Translations under genes and position numbers: made by a program
From: an uncultured Gemmatimonadales bacterium
Lineage (GTDB): Bacteria; Gemmatimonadota; Gemmatimonadetes; Longimicrobiales; Gaopeijiaceae
Assembly (NCBI GenBank): GCA_963823035.1
Contig: CAWGKG010000004.1
Location: 384,001-448,000, forward strand
Reading direction: 5' to 3'
Length of the DNA: 64,000 nucleotides
Shown here: positions 36,325-47,316 of the stretch, piece after piece
Layout: each line of letters starts with the position of its first letter
How positions within the stretch are numbered: the stretch's first letter is position 1
The notes under the pieces: model-generated
Told to the model about the DNA's origin: nothing
The model's database searches: none
The model's input: the letters and a program-made list of their open reading frames with translations, nothing else

Positions 36325-36669
36325 ATGGACGTGCAGATCTTCGGCGTCAAGAACGACGCCGACACCCGCAAGGCGCTGCGCTTCTTCAAGGAGCGCCGCA
36401 TCAAGGCGCACTTCGTCGACTTCAAGGTGCGCGGCCCGTCGCGCGGCGAGCTCCGCCGCTTCTTCCAGAAGTTCGGGTCCGAGGCGATGGTGGACCGCTC
36501 GTCGAAGCGCTTCCAGGCGCTCGGGCTGAGCACCGCCCACTACGGCGACGAGCGCTGGATGACGATCGCGGAGGAGGAGCCCCTCGTCCTGCGCATGCCG
36601 CTGGTACGGCGCGGCAACGACCTCACCGTGGGCGCGGCCGAGGGAACGTGGAGGGAGTGGACGGCCTGA
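36325..36669 (+). CDS. ArsC/Spx (YffB-like) family protein
   Basis: VQIFGVKN..TRKALRFFKER; PLVLRMPLVR..TVG; contains no Cys. Confidence 0.8.
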   Translation: MDVQIFGVKNDADTRKALRFFKERRIKAHFVDFKVRGPSRGELRRFFQKFGSEAMVDRSSKRFQALGLSTAHYGDERWMTIAEEEPLVLRMPLVRRGNDLTVGAAEGTWREWTA

Positions 36670-36679
36670 GGCCGCCGGC

Positions 36680-37649
36680 TCAGGACCCCGTCTCCCCGAC
36701 GAGCGCGATCCGGGACCCGTCGGGGCTCACCGCGATGCGGCTCACGCGGATCCCCAACGCCGACAGGTCGGCGAACTGCGTCCACCCCTGCGCCCCCGGG
36801 CGCCAGGCGTAGATGCGCGCCTCGTGCGCCTGGAGGAGGGTGCCGTCGGGCGTCCAGGCGTGGAAGTCGCCGCCCTCGACCCCCTCCACGAGCAGCTCCG
36901 AGCGCCCCGTGGCGACGCGCAACCGCCGGATCTCCGTTCCGCCGTCCGGCCGTCGCTGGACGAAGCTGACGTCGCTCGTACCGGGGATGGGCTGCATCCC
37001 GCGCCCGATGTCGCTCGCCGGCGTGCCGGTCGTGCCCTCACCGAGCCGGGCGGTCTCCAGCACGGGTGGCTCGCCGAGCACGTACAGGACGACGTTCCGG
37101 CCATCGGCCCACGCGTGGTAGCCCACCGGCGCGATCGAGTCGAAGAGCACCGAGGGGTGGGTGCCGTCCGCGTCGAAGCGCCACAGACGCTGCGCCGAGT
37201 CGGCCTCCACGCGCACCGCGGAGAAGCCGCCGTCCTCGAGCGGCGTGGCCGAGTACTCGCTCTCGGGCGTCGTGTGCGTGACCTGCGTGCTCGAGCCGGT
37301 CTGGAGATCGTAGCGCCAGATGTCGGCCTGCCCGCCGTCGTCGATCACGGTGTACCAGAAGGCCGACCCGTCCGGGAGGAAGAAGGGCTGGTTGTCGTAG
37401 CCCGGCCGCTCGGTGACGTTCACGGCGTCTTCGATGCCGAGCGCGCCACCGGCGCCGTGCGTGAGCGTCGCGAGCCAGATGTCGGTTCCGGGAGGGGCCT
37501 GGGCGACGGTCGCGGTCGCCGCTCCCGCCCGCGTCGGGCCTGGCCTCGCCCCCGCACGCGGCGACGCCGAGCGCCGCCACGGCGACCGTCCACGACGGGA
37601 GCCGTTGCCGCCGCGCGGCCGCGGCGGTCGTTCCAGGGGCGAGCGTCAT
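36680..37649 (-). CDS. TolB-like beta-propeller lipoprotein (frameshift near 37500)
   Basis: VAAC lipobox; NVTERPGYDNQPFF, ESEYS, PVGYHAW, SRIAVSPDG. Confidence 0.8.
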
Positions 37650-37784
37650 CGCGCTTCCTCGGTCCAGGGCAGGAGGAGTCTCTCGACGGGGAAGATGCGG
37701 GGCACCCCCGAGGGGGCGAAAGGCCTCGCGCGCGCTCGCGGGCACGCCCCGTCACATCGCGGGCGGCTCGTTCGTTCGATCGAC

Positions 37785-38249
37785 ATGAACCGACGACGCC
37801 TCGTGATTCCTTTCCTGGCCTGGGCCGCGCTCTCGTGCTCGGATCTCAGCCCGGAGGCGGCCGACCTGCGCCGCGACCTCGCCGCCAATCGTGCGCGTTG
37901 GGAAGCGCTCGGGCTGGAGACCTACGTCTACGAGGTCGAGCACTCCTGCTTCTGCCCGGTGGAGGCGATCGGGCCCGTCCGGGTCCAGGTCGAGAACGGG
38001 TCGGTCACGTCGCGCACCTACCCGCAGTCCGGAGACAGCGTCGCCGCCACGTTCAGCGACGTCTTCCCCACCGTCGACGGGCTGTTCGACGTGCTGCAAC
38101 GAGCGATCGACCAGAACGCCGCCGACGTCCAGGTCACGTGGGACCCCGACACGGGTGTGCCTCTGCACTTCTCCATCGACTACATCGCGAACGCGGTGGA
38201 CGAGGAAGAGGGCTATCGGATCGTGGACGGGCCCCGGACAACCCCCTGA
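37785..38249 (+). CDS. DUF6174-like lipoprotein
   Basis: LSC lipobox; ARWEA..YVY..SCFC; TVDGLF; DEEEGY. Confidence 0.75.
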   Translation: MNRRRLVIPFLAWAALSCSDLSPEAADLRRDLAANRARWEALGLETYVYEVEHSCFCPVEAIGPVRVQVENGSVTSRTYPQSGDSVAATFSDVFPTVDGLFDVLQRAIDQNAADVQVTWDPDTGVPLHFSIDYIANAVDEEEGYRIVDGPRTTP

Positions 38250-38331
38250 GTCCCTTCGGGCATCACACGAGCGAACCCCGAAACGAGCGGAGCCGCGGGG
38301 GATGTTCCCCGGCTCCCTCGAGGAGCGGCAC

Positions 38332-38730
38332 GTGCCCGAGACCGTCGGACTCACCGGATTGCAGCTGACCATCCTCCAGGTCCTGTGGGAGCGTGGTGAG
38401 GCCACGACCCAGGAAGTCTGGGAGCAGGTGGTGGAACAGCGCCCCCTGGCGCTGACGACCGTGGCGACGCTCTTGTCGCGTCTCGAGCGGAAGCGTGTGC
38501 TGGACCACAGGCGTCGGGGGAGGCAGAACGTCTACCATGCCACGGTGAGCCGCGCGGAGGTCCGACGCTCCAAGGTGCGGGAGCTGACCGAGAACCTCTT
38601 CGACGGCGATGCCACCGCCCTCATGAGCCACCTCGTGCGCGCCGACCAGGTCGACGCCGCCGAGCTCGAGCGCATGCGCGCGCTGCTCGAGGAGGCGGAG
38701 GCGCGCGAAGGGGCCGACGCGGATGCTTGA
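38332..38730 (+). CDS. BlaI/MecI/CopY-family repressor
   Basis: LQLTILQVLWERGEAT, LALTTVATLLSRLE, LFDGDATALMSHL. Confidence 0.9.
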   Translation: MPETVGLTGLQLTILQVLWERGEATTQEVWEQVVEQRPLALTTVATLLSRLERKRVLDHRRRGRQNVYHATVSRAEVRRSKVRELTENLFDGDATALMSHLVRADQVDAAELERMRALLEEAEAREGADADA

Positions 38731-40104
38731 GGGCCTCGCGTCCCTGGCCGGACGCGCCGCTCCCTGGCTGCTCACCTACCTGCTTCACAGCACGGCGCTG
38801 ATCATGGCCGTCTGGCTGCTCGACCGCGCCGGCGTGGTGCGCCGTGCCCGCACGCTCGACCTCCTCTGGAAGGCGGCGCTCCTGGCCGGGTTCGCCACCT
38901 CCACGCTGGTCGTCGGGTCGCGCCGCCCTCGCGAGGCGCTGACGCCGTCGCCGACGTCGAGGCCGTGGTGCGACGCGCCGGTGGGCCGCCCCCGGCGGGC
39001 GCGCTCACGTGGGTCTCGCCGCACGCGACGACGCGCGTCCGGGCGCGCGTCGTGGAGCCCTCCCCGGAGTGCCGGCGCCTCCTCGAGGGTGGGGCCGGCG
39101 GGGGGGAGGCGTGGATCGGGGCCCTGAAGGCGGCGTGCGCCACGGAGGGGCTCGAAGGGCGCGCCGTGCTCCTGTTCGTGTGGCTGGCGGGTGGCGCGAC
39201 GCTCCTCCTTCTGGGCGTGCGGGACCGGTGGCGCCTCGGGGCCGAGCTCGCGGGGTGCTCGCCGGCGGACGGACGGATCGCGGCGATCGGCGCCTCGCTC
39301 GTCGGGAGCCGGCCCGGACGGGCCCGGATCCTGGTCTCGGACACGGTGCCCGCCCCCTGTGCCGTGGGTCGGTGCGTCGTCCTCCCGGCGCGTTGCGAGC
39401 AGGAGATGGACGACGGAGAGCTGTCGGCGGTGCTCGCGCACGAGCTGGCGCACCTGGCGCGGCGTGACCCCGCGTGGCTGGCGGCGGCCGACCTGGTGTG
39501 TCGCCTCGCCTGGATCCAGCCCCTGAACCGTGTGGCGGCCGCGGGCGTCCGTGACGCGGCCGAGCTGATGACCGATCAGCACACGCTCCGTCACACACGT
39601 CCGCTCGATCTGGCCCGCTCGATCCATCGGGTGTCGCACTGGGCCGTCCCGCACCGCCGTCCGGCGCGCGTGTCCGGGCTCGCCCGTCCGCGCGACGGAT
39701 CTCTGACCCGCCGCGTGCGCCGGATCCTCGCGCCGGCGAGGGAGGGGGACGTCGGTCCCGCCTGGCCCGGGGCCCTGCTCGCGCTCGCGCTGAGCGCGGG
39801 TGTGATGCTCCTTCCGCCCGTGGCGATGACGCGCGAGCTGCGCGCGATCATGATCGAGCTCGAGGGACCGGCGTCCGGTCGGCACGGACGCCACGGCGAG
39901 CTTGGTCGAGGGGGCGCCGGCGGGTACACGCGTGCTGATCCGCGTGCGCGACCGGGGCACGCTCCGGGAGACGGACGCCACCCGGTAGCCTGCTCCCTCC
40001 GTGTCGGGCGGGCCTTCCGCGCTCCTCCATCCTCGCGCCGTCCGCCCTATATTGCTGCGCCCGGTCCGCGGACCCCGATTCGAACCCGCCAGGAGCTCTC
40101 GTGA
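38723..40104 (+). CDS. M56-family (BlaR1-like) membrane metallopeptidase (frameshift near 38950; 3' end uncertain)
   Basis: WLLTYLLHST, VLAHELAHLARRD, WIQPL; directly follows blaI-like gene. Confidence 0.82.
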
Positions 40105-41513
40105 CCCCGACGCCCGGAGGACGCCGCCTCGCGACGGTGACCATCCCCGCGCCCGACCTCCGCCCCGACGCCTTCCTGCGCACCGCGGCGGGGCTCCCCA
40201 GGGGATTCTGGGCCAAGGGGGACCGCTGGGTCGCGCACCGCGGGGTGGCGGCCGACCTGCGGGGTCCCGAGGGCGCGGCCCCCGACCGCTTCGCGGACGT
40301 CGCGGAGGCGGCCGCGCTCCTCGCGCGCGATCCGCTCCTCGCGCCGGGCGCCACGCGGGCGCCGCGGGTCCGGCTCTACGGCGGCTTCTCCTTCCGGGCG
40401 GACCACCGTGCCGAGGGGGCGTGGTCGGCCTTCCCGTCCTATCGCTTCCACCTTCCCGCCTTCGAGCTGGAGGGGGACGCGAGCGGGGATGCCTGGCTGC
40501 GTGCGCGCGCGCTCGTCGCCGGGGAGGAGTCCGGGGACGCGCTGAGCCGTCTCCGGCGTGGCGCGGAGGAGCTGCGCGCCGAGTTGGCCAGCTCGACCGA
40601 GCGGACGGGCCCCGAGCCGCCTCCGGTACCGGCGCGCGCGGTCGCCACGGAGCGGGCCGCGTGGGAAGCCGCCGTCGAGGAGTCGCTACGGGCGATCCGC
40701 GATGGGCGGGTCTCCAAGGTCGTCCTCGCGCGCACGATGGACGTGGACGTCGCGGTGGATCCGGCCGACGTGGTGATGCAGCTCTGGACGATGAACAGGG
40801 GCAGCCACGTCTTCCTCTTCGAGCCCGAGGCGGGGTCGGCGATCGTGGGCGCCACGCCCGAGACCGTCACCACCCTTCGCGACGGCGTCTTCCACGCCAC
40901 CGCCGTCGCCGGCTCGATCCGCCGCGGCGACACCGCCCGGGAGCAGGCCGAGCTCGCCGCGGCGCTCCTCGCGAGCGAGAAGGACCGCAACGAGCAGCGC
41001 ATCGTCGTGGACGACCTCATCGCGCGGCTCGAGACCGTGGCGCACCAGATCCGCACGGACCCGCAGCCCCACGTCCTGACGCTCGCCCGCATCCAGCACC
41101 TGGAGACGGAGATCCGCGCCAGCGTACCGGCGGGGACCCGCGTTCTCGACGTCCTGCGCCTCCTGCACCCGACGCCCGCCGTGTGCGGCCTGCCCCGCGA
41201 CGCGGCGCTCGCCGTGCTCGCCGAGGAGGAGCCCTTCGACCGGGGTTGGTACGCCGGGCCCGTGGGCTTCTTCGACGCCGAAGGCAATGGTGTCTTCGCG
41301 CCCGCGCTGCGGTCGGCCGTGCTGCACGGCGGGGTGTGGCGGCTCTTCGCGGGCGCGGGCATCGTGGAGGGGTCGGTACCGGCGCTCGAGTGGGAGGAGA
41401 CGAGGATCAAGTTCACGCCGGTGCTCGACGCCCTCGGGGCCGCGGGCGCGGTGCTCGGGGACGACGACGTCACGCATGCCGTGGCCTCCGGGGAGTCGGA
41501 GCGGGCGGGGTGA
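40101..41513 (+). CDS. menF: Isochorismate synthase
   Basis: KVVLAR, GATPE, SEKDRNEQ, LHPTPAVCG, RGWYAGPVG, FAGAGIV. Confidence 0.92.
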   Translation: MTPTPGGRRLATVTIPAPDLRPDAFLRTAAGLPRGFWAKGDRWVAHRGVAADLRGPEGAAPDRFADVAEAAALLARDPLLAPGATRAPRVRLYGGFSFRADHRAEGAWSAFPSYRFHLPAFELEGDASGDAWLRARALVAGEESGDALSRLRRGAEELRAELASSTERTGPEPPPVPARAVATERAAWEAAVEESLRAIRDGRVSKVVLARTMDVDVAVDPADVVMQLWTMNRGSHVFLFEPEAGSAIVGATPETVTTLRDGVFHATAVAGSIRRGDTAREQAELAAALLASEKDRNEQRIVVDDLIARLETVAHQIRTDPQPHVLTLARIQHLETEIRASVPAGTRVLDVLRLLHPTPAVCGLPRDAALAVLAEEEPFDRGWYAGPVGFFDAEGNGVFAPALRSAVLHGGVWRLFAGAGIVEGSVPALEWEETRIKFTPVLDALGAAGAVLGDDDVTHAVASGESERAG

Positions 41514-43300
41514 GCTCGGCGGAAGCCACCACGGCCTGGGCGCGGGCCCTCGCCGACGAGCTGGCGCGCGCGGGGGTGCGCGAGGTGGTCGTCGCGCCCG
41601 GCTCCCGATCCACGCCGCTCGTGCTGGCCTTCGCGGCGGACGGGCGCTTTCGCGTGCGCGTGCACCTCGACGAGCGCTCTGCCGGCTTCTTCGCGCTCGG
41701 GGTGGGGAAGGCCTCGGGGATGCCCGCAGCGGTGGTCACGACGTCCGGCACGGCGACGGCCAACCTGTACGGGGCGGTGATCGAGGCGGCGCAGGCCGAG
41801 GTGCCGCTGCTGATCCTCACGGCCGACCGGCCCCTCCGCCTGCGCGGGGCGGACGCGAACCAGGCGATCGACCAGACGCGGCTCTACGGGCCGTACGTGC
41901 GGGCCTTCTTCGAGGCCGCGCCCCCCGAGCGCGACGACGCGGCGCTCCGGCACCTGCGCGCCCTCGCCTGCCGCGCCGTGCTCGCCGCCCGCGAGGCGCC
42001 GGCCGGCCCCGTGCACCTCAACCTCCCCTTCGACAAGCCGCTCGAGCCGCCACGCGCGTCGGCGGGGGAGGATCGGGCCGCGATCGACGCGTTCGCCGCC
42101 GCGCATCCCCTCGCCGCCGGCGGCCGCGAGGACGGGCGTCCGTGGGTGGACGTGACCCCCACGCGGCGGCGGGCCACGGCGGAGGTGCTCGAGCCGCTGC
42201 GTGCGCTGTGCGGCGGATTGGGGCGGGGCGTGGTGGTGGCCGGTCCCTCCTCCGATCCCGCGCGCGACGGACCCGCCGCGGTGGCCTTCGCGGCCGCGAC
42301 GGGCTTTCCCCTCCTCGCCGATCCCCTGTCGGGGGCGCGGTGGGGACCCGTCTGCCGGCGCGCTGGTCGTGGAGGGGTACGACCTGTTCCTGCGCGACGA
42401 GGCGGCCCGCGCGCGCCTGACGCCCGAGCTGATCGTGCGCGTCGGCGCCAGCCCGACCTCTGCGGCGCTGCAGGGGTGGCTCGGGCACCACGCCGGCGTG
42501 CGCCACGTGGTGGTGGACGGAGGAGGTCGGTGGAAGGACCACGCGTCCGTCGCCTCCGACTACGTGCACGCGGATGCGGCGGATACGCTGTGCGCGCTTC
42601 GTGGCCGGGATGGAGCGGAGCGTCGACGCGGGTTGGGCCGCGGCGTGGCGGGAGGCGAGCGCGGCGACGCGCGCGGCGCTCGACGCCGACGCGGGCGGCG
42701 CACCCCACGAGGGACACGTCCTGGGCGCGGTGGTGCGGGCGCTGCCCGAGGACGCCACTGCTCTTCGTGTCCAGCTCGATGCCCGTGCGCGACCTCGACG
42801 CCTTCGGCGCGCCGCGCGAGGAGGGCCTGCGGGCGTACGGGAATCGGGGCGCGAGCGGCATCGACGGGATCGTCTCCACCGCCTTCGGCGTGGCGGCCGC
42901 GTCGGCAGCGCCCGTCGTGTGCGTGCTCGGCGACGTGGCGCTCTTCCACGATCAGAACGGACTGCTCTGGCAGCGCGAAGCCGACGCGCCCGTGGTCTTC
43001 GTGCTCGTGGACAACGACGGCGGCGGCATCTTCCACATGCTCCCCGTGCGCGAGCACGAGCCGTGGTTCACGCCCTACTTCGCCACGCCGCACGGCCTCG
43101 ACCTCCGGCATGCCGCGGCGATGCACGGCATCCCCTTCGAGGACGCGGAGCCGGCGGGGCTGTCCGGCGCGCTCGCCGCGGCGATCGCGGAAGGTCGAAC
43201 GCGTGTCGTGCGGGTGCGCACGGAGCGAGAGGCGAACCGCCGGCGTCACGCCGAGGTGGCCGAGGCCGTGGCCCGGAGCGTACGCGCCGCCCTGGGGTAG
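41510..43300 (+). CDS. menD: SEPHCHC synthase (several frameshifts, about 42350-42765)
   Basis: [56 protein letters not shown]. Confidence 0.93.
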   Translation: MSSAEATTAWARALADELARAGVREVVVAPGSRSTPLVLAFAADGRFRVRVHLDERSAGFFALGVGKASGMPAAVVTTSGTATANLYGAVIEAAQAEVPLLILTADRPLRLRGADANQAIDQTRLYGPYVRAFFEAAPPERDDAALRHLRALACRAVLAAREAPAGPVHLNLPFDKPLEPPRASAGEDRAAIDAFAAAHPLAAGGREDGRPWVDVTPTRRRATAEVLEPLRALCGGLGRGVVVAGPSSDPARDGPAAVAFAAATGFPLLADPLSGARWGPVCRRAGRGGVRPVPARRGGPRAPDARADRARRRQPDLCGAAGVARAPRRRAPRGGGRRRSVEGPRVRRLRLRARGCGGYAVRASWPGWSGASTRVGPRRGGRRARRRARRSTPTRAAHPTRDTSWARWCGRCPRTPLLFVSSSMPVRDLDAFGAPREEGLRAYGNRGASGIDGIVSTAFGVAAASAAPVVCVLGDVALFHDQNGLLWQREADAPVVFVLVDNDGGGIFHMLPVREHEPWFTPYFATPHGLDLRHAAAMHGIPFEDAEPAGLSGALAAAIAEGRTRVVRVRTEREANRRRHAEVAEAVARSVRAALG

Positions 43301-43343
43301 GGGCCTGCCGACCGAGAACCCATCTCTCCCGAAGACGAGACCG

Positions 43344-44184
43344 ATGAGCAAGCCCGACTGGAAGGAAGTGAAGAAGTACGAGGACATCACCTACCACAAG
43401 TGCGACGGCGTGGCGCGCATCGCGTTCGACCGGCCCGAGGTGCGCAACGCCTTCCGTCCCGACACCCTCCTGGAGATGCAGGAGGCCTTCAGGGACGCGG
43501 GCGAGGACATCGACATCGGGGTGGTCCTGCTCACGGGGAACGGGCCCGCGAAGGACGGGAAGTACGCCTTCTGCGCCGGGGGCGACCAGAAGGTGCGCGG
43601 GGAGGCGGGCTACGTCGGGAAGAGCGGCGTGCCCCGCCTGAACGTGCTGGAGCTGCAGCGCTACATCCGGTCGATGCCCAAGCCCGTGATCGCGCTCGTG
43701 GCGGGCTACGCCATCGGCGGCGGCCACGTGCTGCACGTCGTGTGCGACCTCACGATCGCGGCGGACAACGCCGTCTTCGGGCAGACCGGTCCGATCGTCG
43801 GGTCGTTCGACGGCGGCTTCGGCTCGTCGTACCTCGCGCGCATCGTCGGGCAGAAGAAGGCGCGGGAGATCTGGTACCTCTGCCGCCAGTACTCGGCCGA
43901 GGAGGCCCGCGACATGGGGCTCGTGAACGCCGTCGTCCCCGTGCAGGAGCTCGAGAGACGAGGGTTGGCGATGGGCGCAGGAGATCCTCGACAAGAGCCC
44001 CCTCGCGATCCGCCTGCTGAAGAGCGCCATGAACGCCGACGTGGACGGCCAGGCCGGCCTGCAGGAGCTCGCCGGCAACGCGACGCTGCTCTTCTACATG
44101 ACGGAGCAGGGGCAGGAGGGGAAGAACGCCTACGTGGAGAAGCGGAAGCCGAACTTCCGCAAGTACAAGTGGCTGCCCTGGTAG
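43344..44184 (+). CDS. menB: 1,4-dihydroxy-2-naphthoyl-CoA synthase (frameshift near 43960)
   Basis: [48 protein letters not shown]. Confidence 0.95.
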
Positions 44185-44199
44185 GCGCGCGTCGCCTGG

Positions 44200-45060
44200 G
44201 TGCTCGCGTCGCGCCCCAAGACGCTCACGGCGGCGGCCGCGCCGGTGGTCGTGGGCACGGGGCTCGCCGCCTTCCACGGCGTGGCGGCTACGCTGCCCGC
44301 GATCGCGGCGCTGGTGGGGGCGCTCCTCATCCAGATCGCCACGAACCTCGCGAACGACTACTACGACTTCGTGCGCGGCACGGACACGCACGAGCGCGTC
44401 GGGCCGCTGCGCGTCACGCAGGCCGGCCTGCTCTCCCCGGCGGCCGTGCGGGGAGGGATGATCCTCACGCTCGCCCTGGCCTTCGCGGTGGGGCTCTACC
44501 TGGTTGCGGTGGGCGGGTGGCCGATCGTCTGGATCGGCCTCGCCTCGCTCGCGTGCGCGGTGCTCTACACGGGCGGCCCGTTCCCCCTCGCCTACCACGG
44601 CCTGGGCGACCTGTTCGTCTTCGTCTTCTTCGGCCTGATCGCGGTGGCGGGCACGTACTACGTCCAGGGGCTCGCCTGGCCGCGCGACGCCCTCGTGGCG
44701 GGCTCGGCGATGGGCGCCCTCATCACGGCCATCCTGGTCGTGAACAACCTCCGCGACCTCGACACGGACCGGAAGGCGGGCAAGCGCACGCTGGCCGTCG
44801 TCCTGGGGCGTAGGGGCACGCGCGCCGAGTACGTCTTCCTGCTCGCGGTGGCCTTCGTGGCCCCCCTCGTGGGGATCGCCCGCTTCAGCTGGCCGCTCGC
44901 CACCGCCGCCACGCTGGTCACGCTTCCGCTCGCCGTCCCTCCCGCACGCCGTGTGCTCGGCCACGTCGAGCCGCGGGAGCTGCTGCCGGCGCTCGGCGAG
45001 ACCTCCCGGGTGGTGGCGATCTACGGCGCGCTGCTCGGCCTGGGCCTGGCCCTGGGATAG
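44200..45060 (+). CDS. menA: DHNA polyprenyltransferase
   Basis: [38 protein letters not shown]. Confidence 0.93.
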   Translation: MLASRPKTLTAAAAPVVVGTGLAAFHGVAATLPAIAALVGALLIQIATNLANDYYDFVRGTDTHERVGPLRVTQAGLLSPAAVRGGMILTLALAFAVGLYLVAVGGWPIVWIGLASLACAVLYTGGPFPLAYHGLGDLFVFVFFGLIAVAGTYYVQGLAWPRDALVAGSAMGALITAILVVNNLRDLDTDRKAGKRTLAVVLGRRGTRAEYVFLLAVAFVAPLVGIARFSWPLATAATLVTLPLAVPPARRVLGHVEPRELLPALGETSRVVAIYGALLGLGLALG

Positions 45061-45066
45061 CGCAGC

Positions 45067-46386
45067 ATGGACGATCCCGCCGACTTCCTGGCCGAAGCGG
45101 CCGGGCGCTGGCCGCAGCGGCGCGCCCTGTCCGCGCCGGGTCGCTCGTGGAGCTTCGCGGCGCTCGACGCCTGGGTCGGCGAGCTGGCCGCGCGGATCCG
45201 GGCGGAGGATCGTCCCTCCTCCGGGGACGTTCTCGCGCCGGTCGTCGAGCCGACACCCGAGGGCGTCGCCGCGGTGCTGGCCGCCACACGCGCCGGCCTG
45301 ACCGTGGCACCCCTCAACCCCGCGCTCACCGAGGCCGAACACGACGCGGCGCTGCGCGGCCTCACGGGCCCCCGCGCGGACGGGATGGCCGTCCTGTGGA
45401 CGTCGGGCACCTCGGGCACGCCACGCGGCGTGGTGCTCGGCGCGGACAACCTGCTCGCGAGCGCCCTCGCGTCGCAGCGGCGGTTGGCGCTCGGGGAGGA
45501 CGACCGTTGGCTGGCCTCGCTCTCCATGGCGCACGTCGGAGGGCTGGCCCTGGTGACCCGGGCGCTGATCCTGGGCTCGGAGATCGTCGCCTGGGGCGCG
45601 TTCGACGCCGGGCGGGCCTCCGCGCTGATCGACGAGGGGAAGGTCACGCATGCCTCGCTCGTGCCCACGCAGCTCCGTCGCCTCCTCGACGCGCGCGGCG
45701 GCCGGCCCGCCCCGGCGACGTTCCTCTGCGCCCTGATCGGCGGCGCGCACGCGCCCCCGGACCTCGTGGAGCGCGCGCTCTCCGAGGGGTGGCCGATCGC
45801 CCTCACCTACGGGATGACCGAGATGACCTCCCAGGTGGCGACGGCGCCTCCCGAGCTCGTCCGCGAGAAGCCGGGCACCGTGGGCGCGCCGCTCGACGGC
45901 GTGGAGGTGCGCATCGCGGACGGTGGCGAGGTCCTCGTGCGCGGGCGGACCCTCGCGCACGGGCTGATCGGAGCCGCGCACCCCCTGGTGGACGACGCGG
46001 GGTGGTACCGGACGGGAGACCTGGGCCGGCTGGACGGGGAGGGGCACCTGTGGATCACGGGTCGTGGCTCCGACCGCGTGGTCACCGGCGGCGTCACCGT
46101 GGATCCGCGCGAGGTGGAAGCGGTGCTACGCGCCCATCCGGCCGTCGTGGACGTGTGCGTGGTGGGGCTCGCGGACGCCGAGTGGGGGGAGAAGGTCGCC
46201 GCGGCCGTGGTGCCGGTGGAAGGTGCCTTCGACCTCGAGGACGTCGACGCCTGGAGCCGGGCCCACCTGGGGCCGCCGCGCCGGCCGCGACGTTGGCTCC
46301 TCCTCGACGCACTCCCGCTCAACGCGAACGGGAAGGTGGATCGCGAAGCGGTCCGGAGGCGCTTCCAGGAGCCCCTCCGGACCTGA
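45067..46386 (+). CDS. menE: o-succinylbenzoate-CoA ligase
   Basis: TSGTSGTPRGV, HVGG, SLVPTQL, TYGMTE, TGDLG, NGKVDR; men cluster context. Confidence 0.85.
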   Translation: MDDPADFLAEAAGRWPQRRALSAPGRSWSFAALDAWVGELAARIRAEDRPSSGDVLAPVVEPTPEGVAAVLAATRAGLTVAPLNPALTEAEHDAALRGLTGPRADGMAVLWTSGTSGTPRGVVLGADNLLASALASQRRLALGEDDRWLASLSMAHVGGLALVTRALILGSEIVAWGAFDAGRASALIDEGKVTHASLVPTQLRRLLDARGGRPAPATFLCALIGGAHAPPDLVERALSEGWPIALTYGMTEMTSQVATAPPELVREKPGTVGAPLDGVEVRIADGGEVLVRGRTLAHGLIGAAHPLVDDAGWYRTGDLGRLDGEGHLWITGRGSDRVVTGGVTVDPREVEAVLRAHPAVVDVCVVGLADAEWGEKVAAAVVPVEGAFDLEDVDAWSRAHLGPPRRPRRWLLLDALPLNANGKVDREAVRRRFQEPLRT

Positions 46387-46408
46387 CTTCGCGCGGCCCG
46401 CGCTCGGC

Positions 46409-47140
46409 TCAGCGTGCCCGCTGCCTGTGCGGGATGCCGACCGTGACGCCCAGGCGGAAGGCCGTCAGGTTCGCCTCGCTCGTGTTCGGCAGCACCGTGA
46501 TCGACCCGTCGGGGTGATCCACGATGTCGCCCTTCGTGAGGAAGCTGGCCACGCCGTTCTGGTGGCGCTCCACGCCGAGGTCGAGCCATACGGGGGTCCG
46601 CCCGCTCGACACGCGCAGGCGCACGCCACCGCCCGCCCGCCAGGCGAACATCCCGTCCGAGTAGTTCGTCGTGTTGGCGAAGCTCTCACCGTTGTTGTCG
46701 CCGGAGAGCGACGTCTGCGTGCCGAAGTACGAGAAGCCGAAGGAGGCGTTCACGTACGGCTCGATCGGCCCGGTCATGAGTACCAGCTCGGGCCCCAGCC
46801 CTCCGTAGAGGATGGCGTTCGTGGTGTTCATGTCGAGCTCGATGCGGCAGCCGACCGGGACGCTGAAGCACACGGACCGGTGCTCGTTCCCGTAGACCAG
46901 GAAGCCGAAGTCGGCGCGCAGGCGGAGGCGCCCGGACGGCTCCATCGGAATCGCGCCCCAGAGCTGGCCACCCCACCCGTTGTCGAAGTACGTCCCCAAC
47001 TGACCGACCGGGTCCGCTCCCACGAAGCTCCCACCCACGTATCCGGCAGGCATCCCGTCGCGCTGCTGCGCGTCCAGGCCACCCGCGAAGACGGCCAGCG
47101 CCGCCAGCGTTCCCGCCAGGCGCTTTCCACCGTGTCTCAT
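46409..47140 (-). CDS. Outer-membrane beta-barrel-like protein
   Basis: Signal peptide; amphipathic strands; C-terminal FRLGVTVG. Confidence 0.65.
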   Translation of the reverse strand: MRHGGKRLAGTLAALAVFAGGLDAQQRDGMPAGYVGGSFVGADPVGQLGTYFDNGWGGQLWGAIPMEPSGRLRLRADFGFLVYGNEHRSVCFSVPVGCRIELDMNTTNAILYGGLGPELVLMTGPIEPYVNASFGFSYFGTQTSLSGDNNGESFANTTNYSDGMFAWRAGGGVRLRVSSGRTPVWLDLGVERHQNGVASFLTKGDIVDHPDGSITVLPNTSEANLTAFRLGVTVGIPHRQRAR

Positions 47141-47316
47141 CGTCGTCTCCCTGTGAAGAAGGTCGTCCCCTCCACAGGGTGATACAGGCACGGGGCGTGC
47201 CCGGGCTCATCGACCGGCGGGATCCTCTTGTCGGAGAACGGGTTGGCCCGGCTGCGGCCAACCCGCGCGCGCGGCCGACATGTCCTCGCTGGGGGACACG
47301 TCTCCGCGTCGAGACG

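Noticed and set aside
44182..44202. The menB stop TAG is in frame with menA ([16 protein letters not shown]), suggesting read-through fusion or pyrrolysine
   Set aside because: MenB ends at a normal C-terminus; an overlapping GTG start plus an indel in this error-prone region is simpler; no pyl genes seen.
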